DNA from: Nitrospirota bacterium
GTDB lineage: Bacteria; Nitrospirota; JACRHL01
Assembly (NCBI GenBank): GCA_029881725.1
Contig: JAOUMB010000003.1
Span: 19,901 to 83,900 of the forward strand
Length of the DNA: 64,000 bases
Reading direction: 5' to 3'
The first letter of the stretch is position 1. Every line of letters begins with the position of its first letter. Position numbers and translations under genes: made by a program. Below the pieces are notes generated by a model, which searched no databases, was not told the origin of the DNA, and was given only the letters and a program-made list of their open reading frames with translations. Shown here piece by piece: positions 38,986-48,166 of the stretch.

Positions 38986-39660
38986 TTAGCGGGTCTGATG
39001 GGCCCGTTTCAGCAGGCCGCTCAGTTCCCTGCGCTGCCAGTCGCGGGTAGCCCGGCGGTCCGGACAGCGGCTTTCAAGGGTACGGAAACGGGCGCCGTGG
39101 TGGGCCTCGCCGGGAAGCGGGCTGGCGGCCAGCAGGTGGTGGATCAGTTCATGATACAGCACATGGCGGATCACGTAATCCGGCACCGAGGCCTGATCCA
39201 GCACCGGATTGACGCGGATCAGGCGGCGTTTGGGGTCGTAGCTGCCCAGTCGCACCTGCGACAGGCCGGGTTTGCGGCGCGGCCCCCACGTGACCGGGGG
39301 CAGGTCCATCGTGCCCGGCAGGTGGTGCGCCGCCTGAGCCAGTAATGTGGTCAGATCGTGGTGCTGTCCGCGTGGGCGCAGAGGAACCGGGCGGATGGCG
39401 GCGGTGGCGGCGGGCAGGTGGCGGGAAAGGTGGTCGCGCACCCGTCGGCCGCTCTTGCGGCACCCTTCGGTCACAAAGCGGGCCAGGGCCGCAAGCACCT
39501 CCGCCGGGGCCGCGGACAACGCTTCGTGGGCGCGTACCCGGATGGCTCGCGGCTCCCGGCGCACCGACACCCAACGGCGCCGGTTGCGGGTCAGGATTAC
39601 CTCCACCGGCAGCCCGGCGGCGGCGGAAAGGGCGGCCTTAAGCCGCTCCAGGCCGCTCAT
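38986..39660 (-). CDS. DUF45/SprT-like zinc metallopeptidase-fold protein
   Basis: It has an HExxH motif in VLYHELIHHLL, followed by HHGARFRTLE. It forms an ATGA-type overlap with sfsA. Confidence 0.6.
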   Translation of the reverse strand: MSGLERLKAALSAAAGLPVEVILTRNRRRWVSVRREPRAIRVRAHEALSAAPAEVLAALARFVTEGCRKSGRRVRDHLSRHLPAATAAIRPVPLRPRGQHHDLTTLLAQAAHHLPGTMDLPPVTWGPRRKPGLSQVRLGSYDPKRRLIRVNPVLDQASVPDYVIRHVLYHELIHHLLAASPLPGEAHHGARFRTLESRCPDRRATRDWQRRELSGLLKRAHQTR

Positions 39661-40388
39661 AGGTCCACCGGCAGCACGCCGCGCGCGGCCACCCCGTGCG
39701 GGGTTACGGTAACCCCCAGCGGCAGCACCATCACCCCGTCCGACGCGGCGGCGCGCAACGCCTCACCATAGGCCGGATCAATTTGGTCCGCTGGGGCGAA
39801 GCGGTGGCAGTCGCCCCGGTGCACCAGAAACACCACCGCCGCGCGTGCTCCCTGCGCCACCATGCCCGCCAACTCGCGCATATGGCGCGTGCCGCGCTCG
39901 GTGACCGAGTCGGGAAAGCGGCCGGTGCCGTGTTCGGCCAGGGTGGTGTTTTTGACTTCCACGTAGATGGGAGTGCCCTGTGCCGGTTCCAGCAGCAGAT
40001 CCACCCGTGAGCGTTCGCCGTACTTCACCTCGCGGCGGATGGCTCCGTGATCTGCCAGTTGCGGGATGGCCCCGGCGCGGATGGCGGCCTCCACAATGCC
40101 GTTGGCGCGGCCGGTGTGAATGCCCACCCAGGTGCCGGCGCATTGGACGGCCTCCCAGGTGTAGCGCAACTTGCGCGTGGGGTTGTCGGATTCGGACAGC
40201 AGCACCAGGCTGCCGGGGTCGGAACACCCTTTCATGCTGCCGGTATTGGCGCTGTGGGCGGTGACGGTGGTGCCGTCGGCCAGGGTGACGTCGGCCAGGA
40301 AGCGTTTGTAGCGGCGCTGGAGGGTGCCGGTCAGGAGCGGTGCGGGCCACTGCCAGAAGGGCGCGGCTTCCGCCAGGGTCCCACTCAC
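39657..40388 (-). CDS. sfsA: sugar fermentation stimulation protein A homologue (nuclease-fold DNA-binding protein)
   Basis: Contains GTLQRRYKRFLADVTLADGTTVTAHSANTGSM, GRFPDSVTERGTRHMREL and the VEVKN motif. Confidence 0.88.
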   Translation of the reverse strand: MSGTLAEAAPFWQWPAPLLTGTLQRRYKRFLADVTLADGTTVTAHSANTGSMKGCSDPGSLVLLSESDNPTRKLRYTWEAVQCAGTWVGIHTGRANGIVEAAIRAGAIPQLADHGAIRREVKYGERSRVDLLLEPAQGTPIYVEVKNTTLAEHGTGRFPDSVTERGTRHMRELAGMVAQGARAAVVFLVHRGDCHRFAPADQIDPAYGEALRAAASDGVMVLPLGVTVTPHGVAARGVLPVDL

Positions 40389-41143
40389 ACCGTGCCGTCC
40401 AGGCTGGTGAGGATTTCACAGCCGTGGTCGGTAATCAGCAGGGTGTGCTCATACTGGCCGGACAGGGAACCGTCGCGGGTGACCACGGTCCAGTTGTCCT
40501 TAAGCAGGCGGATGTCCGGCTTGCCCAGGTTGATCATCGGCTCGATGGTGAAGGTCATGCCCGGACGCAGGCGGAAGCCGCGCCCCGGTTTGCCGTAGTG
40601 CAGCACCTGCGGCTCTTCGTGAAATTCGCGGCCGATGCCGTGGCCGCAGTATTCGCGCACCACCGAGCACCCCTCGCTTTCGGCATAGCTCTGCACCGCG
40701 TGGCCGATGTCGCCCAGGGTGGCGCCCGGTTTTACCGCCGCGATGCCACGCACCAGGGCCTCATGGGCCACCCGTGCGATCTTGTCGGAGCGTTCGCTCA
40801 CCTCGCCCACGCGGAAGGTGCGCGAGGTGTCGCCGTGGTAGCCGTCCAGCTTGGTGGTGATGTCCACGTTGACGATATCGCCTTCCCGGAGCACCTGCTT
40901 GCCGGGGATGCCGTGGCACACCACCTCGTTGACGCTGGTGCAGATGCTCTTGGGAAAACCGTAGTAGTTGAGCGGTGACGGAATGGCCCCGTGGTCGCAG
41001 ATGTACTCGTGGCACAGGGAATTCAACCGGTCGGTGCTTACCCCCGGCTGCACGTGGGGGGCGATCATCTCCAGCACCTGTCCCGCAAGTTTGCAGGTGG
41101 CGCGCATGCGCTCGATTTCTTCTGAATTCTTGATATGGACCAT
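40385..41143 (-). CDS. map: type I methionyl aminopeptidase
   Basis: Contains VCHGIP, DIVNVDIT, GDTSRTF, GHGIGREFHEEP, MTFTIEPM and EHT. Confidence 0.95.
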   Translation of the reverse strand: MVHIKNSEEIERMRATCKLAGQVLEMIAPHVQPGVSTDRLNSLCHEYICDHGAIPSPLNYYGFPKSICTSVNEVVCHGIPGKQVLREGDIVNVDITTKLDGYHGDTSRTFRVGEVSERSDKIARVAHEALVRGIAAVKPGATLGDIGHAVQSYAESEGCSVVREYCGHGIGREFHEEPQVLHYGKPGRGFRLRPGMTFTIEPMINLGKPDIRLLKDNWTVVTRDGSLSGQYEHTLLITDHGCEILTSLDGTV

Positions 41144-41203
41144 AGGGGCTACCGCCAAGCCCCCCATGATACCGGAGGAGTCACGCATGGGGCCACCCCG
41201 GGG

Positions 41204-42877
41204 TCATTTGACGGCGGCCTTTTGCCGCTCCTCCTCCAGCAGCACCCGGCGCAGCACTTTTCCGACGATGGTTTTGGGCAGTTCGGCACGGAACTCGATC
41301 TCCTTCGGCACCTTGAAGCGGGCCAGATGCTTGCCGCAGAAGTCGATAATCTCCTCCGAGGTGGGCTGCTCCCCATCGGCGGGCACCACATAGGCCTTGA
41401 TCTTTTCGCCCAGGAAGTCGTCCGGCAGACCGGCCACCACCGCTTCCTTGACCTTCGGGTGGCGGAACAGAACCTCCTCCACGTCGCGCGGATAGACGTT
41501 TTCGCCGCCGGTCTTGATCATGTCCTTCTTGCGGTCAACCAGATAGAAAAAGCCGTTTTCATCCATGCGCGCCATGTCGCCGGTGCGCAGCCAGCCGTCC
41601 TTGATGGTGTCCAGCGTTTCCTCGGCGCGGTTCCAGTAGCCTTGCATCACCTGGGGGCCCTTTACCAGCAACTCGCCCACCTCGCCCTGGGGTAGTACCT
41701 TGCCGGTTTCCGGATCGCAGATGCGGGCGTCGGTGGACGGCACCGGCAGGCCGATGGCCCCCTGCACCCGCTCCCCCTCCATGGGATTGGCGTGGGTGAC
41801 CGGGGCCGCCTCGGACAGGCCGTACCCTTCCACCACGGTGGCGCCGGTGAGCGACTCGAAGCGCTCCTGCACGTCCTGCTGCAACGCCCCGGCACCGCTG
41901 ATGCAGGCGCGGATGGACGACAGATCGTACTTTTTCACGTTCGGAAAATTTCCCAGCGCCAGATACATGGCCTGAATGCCGGGGAACAGGGTGGGTTTGA
42001 ATTTCTGGATCGCCTTCAACACGTCCTCGGTGGCGAATTTGGGCAGCAGGATCTGCTCGCAGCCGACCATGATCGCCAAATTCTGGCAGGTGGTCATGCC
42101 GTACACGTGGAAGTAGGGAATCACTCCCAGGAATTTGTCCTTGCCCGGCTCCACCTTGGGCAGCCATGCCTGGCACTGCATGGTGTTGGCCACCAGGTTG
42201 CGGTGGGTGAGGATCACCCCCTTCGGCGTGCCGGTGGTGCCGCCGGTGTATTGCAGCAGGGCCACGTCATCGGCTCCCGGGTTGGACTTGGGACGGGTGG
42301 ACGGGGCGCTTTCCAGCAGCTTTACAAATTCGTGGTTGGGGGGAATCTTGTCGAACGGATTCCACATGCCCTCTTTTTTGGCCTTGATCGGATACAGGAA
42401 TTTAATCAAGGTCGGCAGGTAGTCGCGCACCCCGCAGTAGATCACGTGCTTCAAGGGGGAGCCCTTGAACATGGGGTCCACCTTGTTGCGGAAGATGTCC
42501 AGGGTGACCAGCACCTTGGCGCCGGAATCCCTGGCCTGATAGTCCAGTTCCTCGGTCATGTACAGGGGGTTGGTCTGCACCACCACGGCCCCGGCCTTGA
42601 GCGCACCGTAATAGGCGATCACCGCCTGCGGCACGTTGGGCAGCATCACCGCCACCCGGTCCCCCGCGCGGATGCCCAGCTTGTCCAGGGCATTGGCGAA
42701 GCGGTTGGTCATTGCGTCCAGTTCGGCAAAGGTAATCGGGTTGCCGATGAAGCGCAGCGCCACCCGGGACGGAGCCCGTTGGGCCGATTCGGTCAGAAAT
42801 TCGGTAAGCGCCTTGTCCGGCACGTCGATGGTGTGCGGGGTGCCGGGGGCGTAGCGGGCAAACCAGGGACGGTCCAT
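41204..42877 (-). CDS. long-chain fatty acid--CoA ligase (FadD-like AMP-binding enzyme)
   Basis: Contains LQYTGGTTGTPKGV (AMP-binding motif), GYGLSE, WLRTGD and KTGGENVYPRDVE. The start is at the internal ATG (MDRPWFARY). Confidence 0.88.
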   Translation of the reverse strand: MDRPWFARYAPGTPHTIDVPDKALTEFLTESAQRAPSRVALRFIGNPITFAELDAMTNRFANALDKLGIRAGDRVAVMLPNVPQAVIAYYGALKAGAVVVQTNPLYMTEELDYQARDSGAKVLVTLDIFRNKVDPMFKGSPLKHVIYCGVRDYLPTLIKFLYPIKAKKEGMWNPFDKIPPNHEFVKLLESAPSTRPKSNPGADDVALLQYTGGTTGTPKGVILTHRNLVANTMQCQAWLPKVEPGKDKFLGVIPYFHVYGMTTCQNLAIMVGCEQILLPKFATEDVLKAIQKFKPTLFPGIQAMYLALGNFPNVKKYDLSSIRACISGAGALQQDVQERFESLTGATVVEGYGLSEAAPVTHANPMEGERVQGAIGLPVPSTDARICDPETGKVLPQGEVGELLVKGPQVMQGYWNRAEETLDTIKDGWLRTGDMARMDENGFFYLVDRKKDMIKTGGENVYPRDVEEVLFRHPKVKEAVVAGLPDDFLGEKIKAYVVPADGEQPTSEEIIDFCGKHLARFKVPKEIEFRAELPKTIVGKVLRRVLLEEERQKAAVK

Positions 42878-43191
42878 GTCCTCATCTCCCTTGCGCCGCC
42901 GGATCGTTCCCCGGCGGCTTCGAATGTGGGCGGCGGCGTGCCTTCCGTAGCGCACCGTCGCGGGTGACAACCGCAAACAGGGGCAACCTAGCCCCAGTTG
43001 AAACTCCTGTCAACCTAACTATATCGGTGTGGGAGCGTGTCGTCTTCACTGAAAGGTGATGATAAAAGAGGGGGGGTGTGCCGTGCATTGCTTACAGGCT
43101 TGCGGCAGCGGCGCAGGGCTGCGTACCGGGCGGTGCGGGAGTACCATGGACCGGAAACGTGATGACCGGTTCCCCTATTGGAGGCCCCCCC

Positions 43192-43662
43192 ATGACCGCA
43201 CCTGTCCGGCGCGATCCGCGCCTGGTTCCCCTGTCCCACGATCACCATGTGGCCCTGTTCCGCGCCCGCGAGGTGGTGCTGGCGGTGGACGGTGTGCAGC
43301 CGCAGGAGCCGGAATCCTTGGCGCGCCACCTGGCCGCGTTTTTCGACGGTGAACTGGTGCAGCACTTCGAGGCCGAGGAACAGCACCTGCTGCCCCCTTT
43401 TGTGGCCCATGTGGGCGTGGATCATCCCCTGGTGGTGGAACTGATGCGTCAGCACGCGGAAATCCGCACCCTGGCGGCGGCGCTCACGGACGGGGAGGGG
43501 GACGTGTGGGAGCGGCTGAAGGCGTGGAGCACCGCCATTACCGCCCATGTGCGGTGGGAGGAGCGGGAGTGGTTCAACGCCGTGCAGGAGGCCCTCACCG
43601 AGGACGAACTGACCGTCATCGGCGAGGCGCTGAAGCGCGCGGGGCCTTCCTGCAAGGTCTGA
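43192..43662 (+). CDS. hemerythrin-like (HHE cation-binding) domain protein
   Basis: Contains LSHDHH, QHFEAEEQHLLP, LMRQHAEI, HVRWEEREWF. The ATG is preceded by GGAGG at about 7 nt. Confidence 0.7.
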   Translation: MTAPVRRDPRLVPLSHDHHVALFRAREVVLAVDGVQPQEPESLARHLAAFFDGELVQHFEAEEQHLLPPFVAHVGVDHPLVVELMRQHAEIRTLAAALTDGEGDVWERLKAWSTAITAHVRWEEREWFNAVQEALTEDELTVIGEALKRAGPSCKV

Positions 43663-43667
43663 GCGGA

Positions 43668-44006
43668 TCAGGCCACGGCGGGCGGGCCGCCGAACACCTT
43701 CTCCAGCAGGGGCTTTACCTCACCCTTGGATTCCATCTCGTCCAGCACGTCGGTGTCGGCATAGAACTCGCCGCCGATGAACACCTTGGGCAGGGTCGGC
43801 CAGTCGGTCATCTCCGACAGCTTCTGGCGCTTGGCCGGATTCTCCAGTGCGTTGATGACCTCGAACGGATACCCGTATTTTTCAAAAAACTGAATTGTTT
43901 CAATGGTGTATCCGCACATGGGCATCTGCCGGGTGCCCTTGCCGTAGATCACGATCTTGTGGGTGGTGATCTCGTTCCTGATTTCGTCTTCGATCGGGTT
44001 GGACAC
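43668..44006 (-). CDS. monothiol glutaredoxin-like protein (Grx4 family) with CGYT in place of CGFS
   Basis: Contains KIVIYGKGTRQMPMCGYT and WPTLPKVFIGGEF. It is adjacent to the bolA-like gene. Confidence 0.75.
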   Translation of the reverse strand: MSNPIEDEIRNEITTHKIVIYGKGTRQMPMCGYTIETIQFFEKYGYPFEVINALENPAKRQKLSEMTDWPTLPKVFIGGEFYADTDVLDEMESKGEVKPLLEKVFGGPPAVA

Positions 44007-44038
44007 GGAGGGTCTCCTTATGGTCCGGGCGTGCGGGG

Positions 44039-44287
44039 TCAGCCCGCGGCCGCCTCGGCGGGGGTTTGGGTTTTCAGATCCATGGCGTGAATGCGGCCGT
44101 CGGCCAGCGGGGCGTGCAGCACCTTGTGCATGAGCCGCCGCCGGTCCAGCGGGTTTTTATCGGCAAAGGCTTCCGACACCACATGCACCGTGTAGTGGTC
44201 CATGGTGCCGGTGCGGTCGACGATTTTCACCTGGGCGTCGGCCAGTTCGGCCTGGATCATTTCAGTCAGTGCATCGGGGGCAATCAT
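44039..44287 (-). CDS. BolA family protein
   Basis: 82 aa containing HYTVHVVSEAFADKNPLDRRRLMHKVL...IHAMDLKTQTP. Confidence 0.85.
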   Translation of the reverse strand: MIAPDALTEMIQAELADAQVKIVDRTGTMDHYTVHVVSEAFADKNPLDRRRLMHKVLHAPLADGRIHAMDLKTQTPAEAAAG

Positions 44288-44404
44288 CGGTTACCTGTCG
44301 CAAGGGTTCATGGCGCATTTTGCACCCGGTTCCCGCCGCCGGGCAACCAGCGGATGGAGTGAACCTGCCACCAACCGGGGCCGTGCTGGTAAAATCCCTG
44401 CTCC

Positions 44405-45790
44405 ATGTCCAATCCGTTGCAGATGATTTCCACCTCCCGGTCGGAGCCGCGGCTGGCCGATGCCCCCGGCCAGCCGCTGTCTGGGCGCGCCGTGTTCCTG
44501 CACAGCATGGGCTGCCGGGTGAACCGCTTCGACGCCGCCCAGTTGCGCGCCGAGTTCCTGGCCCGGGGCTGCACCCTTGCCGCGCCGGGGGAGCCGTATG
44601 ACCTGTACGTGCTCAACACCTGTACCGTGACCCACCAGGCCGACGCCGAGGCCCGCCGTCTGGCCCGACGGGCCAAGCGCAAGACTCCCGGCGCCACCGT
44701 GGCGGTGACCGGCTGCTACGCTGAGGTGGGCCCCGAGGCGCTGGCGGCGATCCCCGAAATCGACCTGGTGATCCCCAACCGCGACAAGGCCGAATTGGTG
44801 GCCCGCATCGCCGTCCATGCCATAGGGCAGCCGGTGGATGCGGACGCCGCGGGGCACGGCCCCGACCGCAGCTGGGGGCGCGACTTCATCTATGGCGCCG
44901 ACGCCCTGCCGCCCGACCCCGGCGGCGATACCCGCCTGTTCCTGAAGGTGCAGGAGGGGTGCGACGTGGCGTGCGCGTTCTGCATCATCCCCACTGCGCG
45001 GGGCCGTTCCCGCTCCATGCCGGTGGACGGGGTGGTGGCCACCATCCGCGCCGCCGAGCGGGCCGGATACCGGGAGGCGGTGCTGGCCGGCATCCACCTG
45101 GGCGGCTACGGCACCGATCTGCCGGCGCCCACGGATTTCGCCGGTCTACTGGAAGCGGTGCTCGACCAGACCGCCATGCCGCGCATCCGCTTCGGCTCCC
45201 TGGAGCCGTGGGGGCTGTCGGAGCGATTTGTGGCCCTGTTCGCTTCGGAGCCGCGCCTGCTACCGTCGCTGCACCTGCCGCTGCAATCCGGCTCGGCCAG
45301 CGTGCTGCGCCGCATGCGCCGCCCGTGCACGCCGGAATTCTACCGCACCCAGGTGGAGCGGATCCTGGCTGCCAAGCCGGATCTGTACCTGTCCACCGAC
45401 GTGCTCACCGGTTTTCCCGGCGAGTCCGATGCGGAGTTCGAGGAAGGGTTTTCATTTATTGAATCCCTCCCGTTCAGCCACCTGCATGTCTTTCCCTACT
45501 CCCCCCGCACCGGCACCCCGGCGGCGGAATTTGAGGATCCGGTGCCGCCGGAGGTGCGCAAGGCCCGTTCCGAACGGCTGATTGCCCTGTCGGACGCCAA
45601 GCGTGCCGAGGGGCTAGCGCGGCAAATCGGCACCGTGACCCGGGTACTGATGGAGGGAGATGCCCACGGCCACACCCACAACAACTATCTGGCCCGCCTC
45701 ACCCCCCAGGCCGAAGGCAGGGGGGGGGAGATCGTTCCCGTGCGCATTACCGGCCACGACGGTGACGCCCTGCTCGGTGTCCCCGCCTGA
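44405..45790 (+). CDS. mtaB: tRNA (N6-threonylcarbamoyladenosine) methylthiotransferase MtaB-like radical SAM enzyme
   Basis: It has an N-terminal UPF0004 domain (GCRVNRFDAAQL, NTCTVT), a radical SAM motif GCDVACAFCIIP, and a TRAM-like C-terminus. Confidence 0.85.
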   Translation: MSNPLQMISTSRSEPRLADAPGQPLSGRAVFLHSMGCRVNRFDAAQLRAEFLARGCTLAAPGEPYDLYVLNTCTVTHQADAEARRLARRAKRKTPGATVAVTGCYAEVGPEALAAIPEIDLVIPNRDKAELVARIAVHAIGQPVDADAAGHGPDRSWGRDFIYGADALPPDPGGDTRLFLKVQEGCDVACAFCIIPTARGRSRSMPVDGVVATIRAAERAGYREAVLAGIHLGGYGTDLPAPTDFAGLLEAVLDQTAMPRIRFGSLEPWGLSERFVALFASEPRLLPSLHLPLQSGSASVLRRMRRPCTPEFYRTQVERILAAKPDLYLSTDVLTGFPGESDAEFEEGFSFIESLPFSHLHVFPYSPRTGTPAAEFEDPVPPEVRKARSERLIALSDAKRAEGLARQIGTVTRVLMEGDAHGHTHNNYLARLTPQAEGRGGEIVPVRITGHDGDALLGVPA

Positions 45791-46332
45791 CACGGGTCCG
45801 TCCGGAGCCATACGGCAGCGCGGCCGGAAACCGCCGGCTGGTGCATCTGGCGGCGGTGGTGCCTGTGGCGCATGGGGCCGAGGCTGTTTACACAAGACCA
45901 ATGGGTTACACGCCTTTTCCATTTAATGGGGAGGGTCTGCCGAAGGGCGTGGGCGTGGGGAAATCGTGCTACTTCGCTAGTTGGGTGCGAACGGAGATGA
46001 CTAGCCGCACCTGACCGGCCGGATCACCGGGTTTGCACGCCTTTGTTGATAGGGTGATGGACAATGTCCTGCCCCTGAATTTTCCGGCTGCGCGAGAATG
46101 CCATAGCCTAAGGAATCCCGCACCATCGAAGACCACCGTGCGGCTGACATCTGTGCGTGCAGCACCGGAGCGCCGGGCTAAATTACTAGAGCGTTAACGG
46201 TTTAAAAGGCCGATAGTTTCCGACCGATTACCAATCGGTGCTGGTATGGGGGGATTGCCTGGCCATTTTCGCCGGAATGACATGAGAGTGAGGTTGCATC
46301 CTGGTGATAGGGGGCACACAAAGCTCCCATAG

Positions 46333-46763
46333 TTACTGGGGAGGGGGCAGATTGGTCACATCCGGGCCGCACAATCCAATAAGGCCGATCAGTTCATCAG
46401 CCAGCAAGGAAATCAGTTCGCCTTCCGCAGATAATTCCTTGTTCAAAATCGGAAGATTGTCCCGGCTATGTTCCAGCACATGCCGAACGTGAAGGTCTAC
46501 ATACTTCCAAGCCGTCCACCAGTATTTACCGGCGACGTATGTATCGTTGAATGATCGTACTATATTTCAAATAGCTGGGCCTCGTCCCCCTCGGGCATCC
46601 TTCCTCCAGCATCCGCACCACGGTATATCCCATAGTACAGACCAGCACCGCGTTCATTTTGCACGCGGATCGAGAATCGTCCAAGGTGTGGGTTTGTTAC
46701 GGAGGCAGGGACAGCGCTAACATCTAGCGCTGTTGCCTGTAGAACCTGTCGAACCACCCCCAA
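46333..46763 (-). pseudogene. frameshifted ORF remnant of unknown family in a lower-GC island
   Basis: Two abutting minus-strand reading frames overlap at 46560-46566. The first (46763..46560) has only a TTG start. The second (46566..46333) is 77 codons long with no ATG, and my own translation gives ...YWWTAWKYVDLHVRHVLEHSRDNLPILNKELSAEGELISLLADELIGLIGL.... Local G+C is about 47-50%. Confidence 0.35.
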
Positions 46764-46815
46764 TCACGACGCTCTCCACCCACCTCCTCTGCAATTATTG
46801 CCGTGCGCGCAGCAG

Positions 46816-48162
46816 CTAGGGATGCACCGGCTCCATCGTCCACACCACCGGGTCGGCAAACGCCTTTCCGGTGGACGCCAGCACGTCGGCGCCGCCGGTG
46901 TCGTCGTGGTAGCGGAGCAGGTCGGTTTTGCCGTCGCCGTTGAAGTCGCCGGTATACCAGCCGTGGCCGCCGTGGCCCTGGGTGCTCCAGCGGCGGGGTT
47001 TTTCAAAGCCGCCGCCGTGAGACAGCATCACCCAGGCGCCCCCTTCGTGGCTGCCGTCTTTTAGCAGGTCGTCCTTGCCGTCACCGTTGAAGTCGCCCAC
47101 CCGCAGCCAGCCGTGGAGTTCCCCCGGCTTTTTCTGCCAGATGCGGGGGGCGGAAAAGTCGTCGCCGCGGGACACCATCACCACCACCTGCCGATTGGGG
47201 CCCATGTAGCGGAACAGGTCGGCACGGTGGTCGCCGTTGAAATCGCCCACGAAAAAGCCCAGGCCGCCGTCCTCGGCGGTGGTCCAGGTGGCATAGGGGA
47301 GCAGGCCGGAATCGCCCGCCAGCATCACCTGGGTGCCCCCCGCCGGGGTGGCATAGCGAAGCAGGTCGCCGCGCCGGTCGCCATTGAAATCGCCCACGAT
47401 GTAGCCCCGCCCCCGGTCGCCGGTTTCGGTCCACGGGGAGGGGTTTTCAAACCGCTTGCCGCTGGAGGTGAGCACCTCCACGCCGCCGTGCTTTCCCGCG
47501 TGGCGGAACAGGTCGTCGCGGCCGTCCGCGTCGAAATCGGCCACATACCACCCCTGGCCCCGGTTTTTGGCGCTGGTCCAGGTTTGCGGCGGCAGAAATT
47601 CCAGGCTGTTGGAAAGCAGCACGTCGGCGCCGCCCTTGCCGCTGGACTGGCGCATCAGGTCGTCCATGCCGTCGCCGTTGAAATCGCCCACGTGCCAGCC
47701 GCTGTAGCGGAACATGTTGGGGGTACCCAGACCCCGGCCCCGGTATTCGCAATAATCCGCGTCCCCCTCGTGAAAGGCGAACATGCCCAGCTTGCGCACC
47801 GCCGAATACATCTGCCGCGCCCACCCCTGGCAATCGATTTCGATGCCTTCCCCCACCGGCAGGTTCACCACCATGGTGATGGTGTCCGGGTTTTCGCAGT
47901 GGCGGATCATGTCGTGCAGAAATTCCTGGTCGCAGTCCAGCCGGGTGTCGCCATAGGTGACGTAGCCGTGCCGGTAGCAGTTGTCGTGCTCCCGGCAGGC
48001 ATCGCGGAACACATGGCGGGCGAAGGCTTGATGGGGGGCGATGATTTCGGCGGCGGCGGGGATGGAACACTCCCGGGGGCGGTCGTAACCACAGCCGTGG
48101 TCGGCGCTGGCGGGGGCGCTCCAGCCGGTGAGCAGCACCGCCAGCAGCACCCGGAACACCAT
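46816..48162 (-). CDS. secreted protein: prokaryotic/fungal-type phospholipase A2-like domain fused to FG-GAP/VCBS repeats
   Basis: It has a signal-like N-terminus (MVFRVLLAVLLTGWSAPASA) and an 8-Cys domain with ACREHDNCYRHGY...DQEFLHDMIRHC...MYSAVRKLG. Six GDFNGDGxDDL-type Ca-loop repeats follow at about 45-aa spacing. The start is at the second ATG, 4 nt after the DUF4911 stop. Confidence 0.75.
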   Translation of the reverse strand: MVFRVLLAVLLTGWSAPASADHGCGYDRPRECSIPAAAEIIAPHQAFARHVFRDACREHDNCYRHGYVTYGDTRLDCDQEFLHDMIRHCENPDTITMVVNLPVGEGIEIDCQGWARQMYSAVRKLGMFAFHEGDADYCEYRGRGLGTPNMFRYSGWHVGDFNGDGMDDLMRQSSGKGGADVLLSNSLEFLPPQTWTSAKNRGQGWYVADFDADGRDDLFRHAGKHGGVEVLTSSGKRFENPSPWTETGDRGRGYIVGDFNGDRRGDLLRYATPAGGTQVMLAGDSGLLPYATWTTAEDGGLGFFVGDFNGDHRADLFRYMGPNRQVVVMVSRGDDFSAPRIWQKKPGELHGWLRVGDFNGDGKDDLLKDGSHEGGAWVMLSHGGGFEKPRRWSTQGHGGHGWYTGDFNGDGKTDLLRYHDDTGGADVLASTGKAFADPVVWTMEPVHP

Positions 48163-48166
48163 GCGG

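Noticed and set aside
38978-38986. GGTTCGACT T-loop-like motif suggesting a tRNA
   Set aside because: No complementary T-stem, anticodon arm or acceptor stem can be drawn around it. It overlaps the 3' end of the DUF45-like CDS.
46304-46492. 62-aa plus-strand ORF inside the low-GC island
   Set aside because: It has no RBS, a Ser-rich low-complexity product, and is exactly antisense to the better-looking minus-strand remnant frame.
46745-46761. Minus-strand GGGGGTGGTTCGACAGG, resembling the 5' end of tmRNA (GGGG...UUCGAC)
   Set aside because: The spacing between the G-run and UUCGAC is too short for the tmRNA acceptor/D-analogue region. No T-arm/CCA-like 3' end (GGTTCGA.TCC...CCACCA) occurs within about 300-420 nt downstream on that strand. 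The motif also lies at the start of the degraded ORF.
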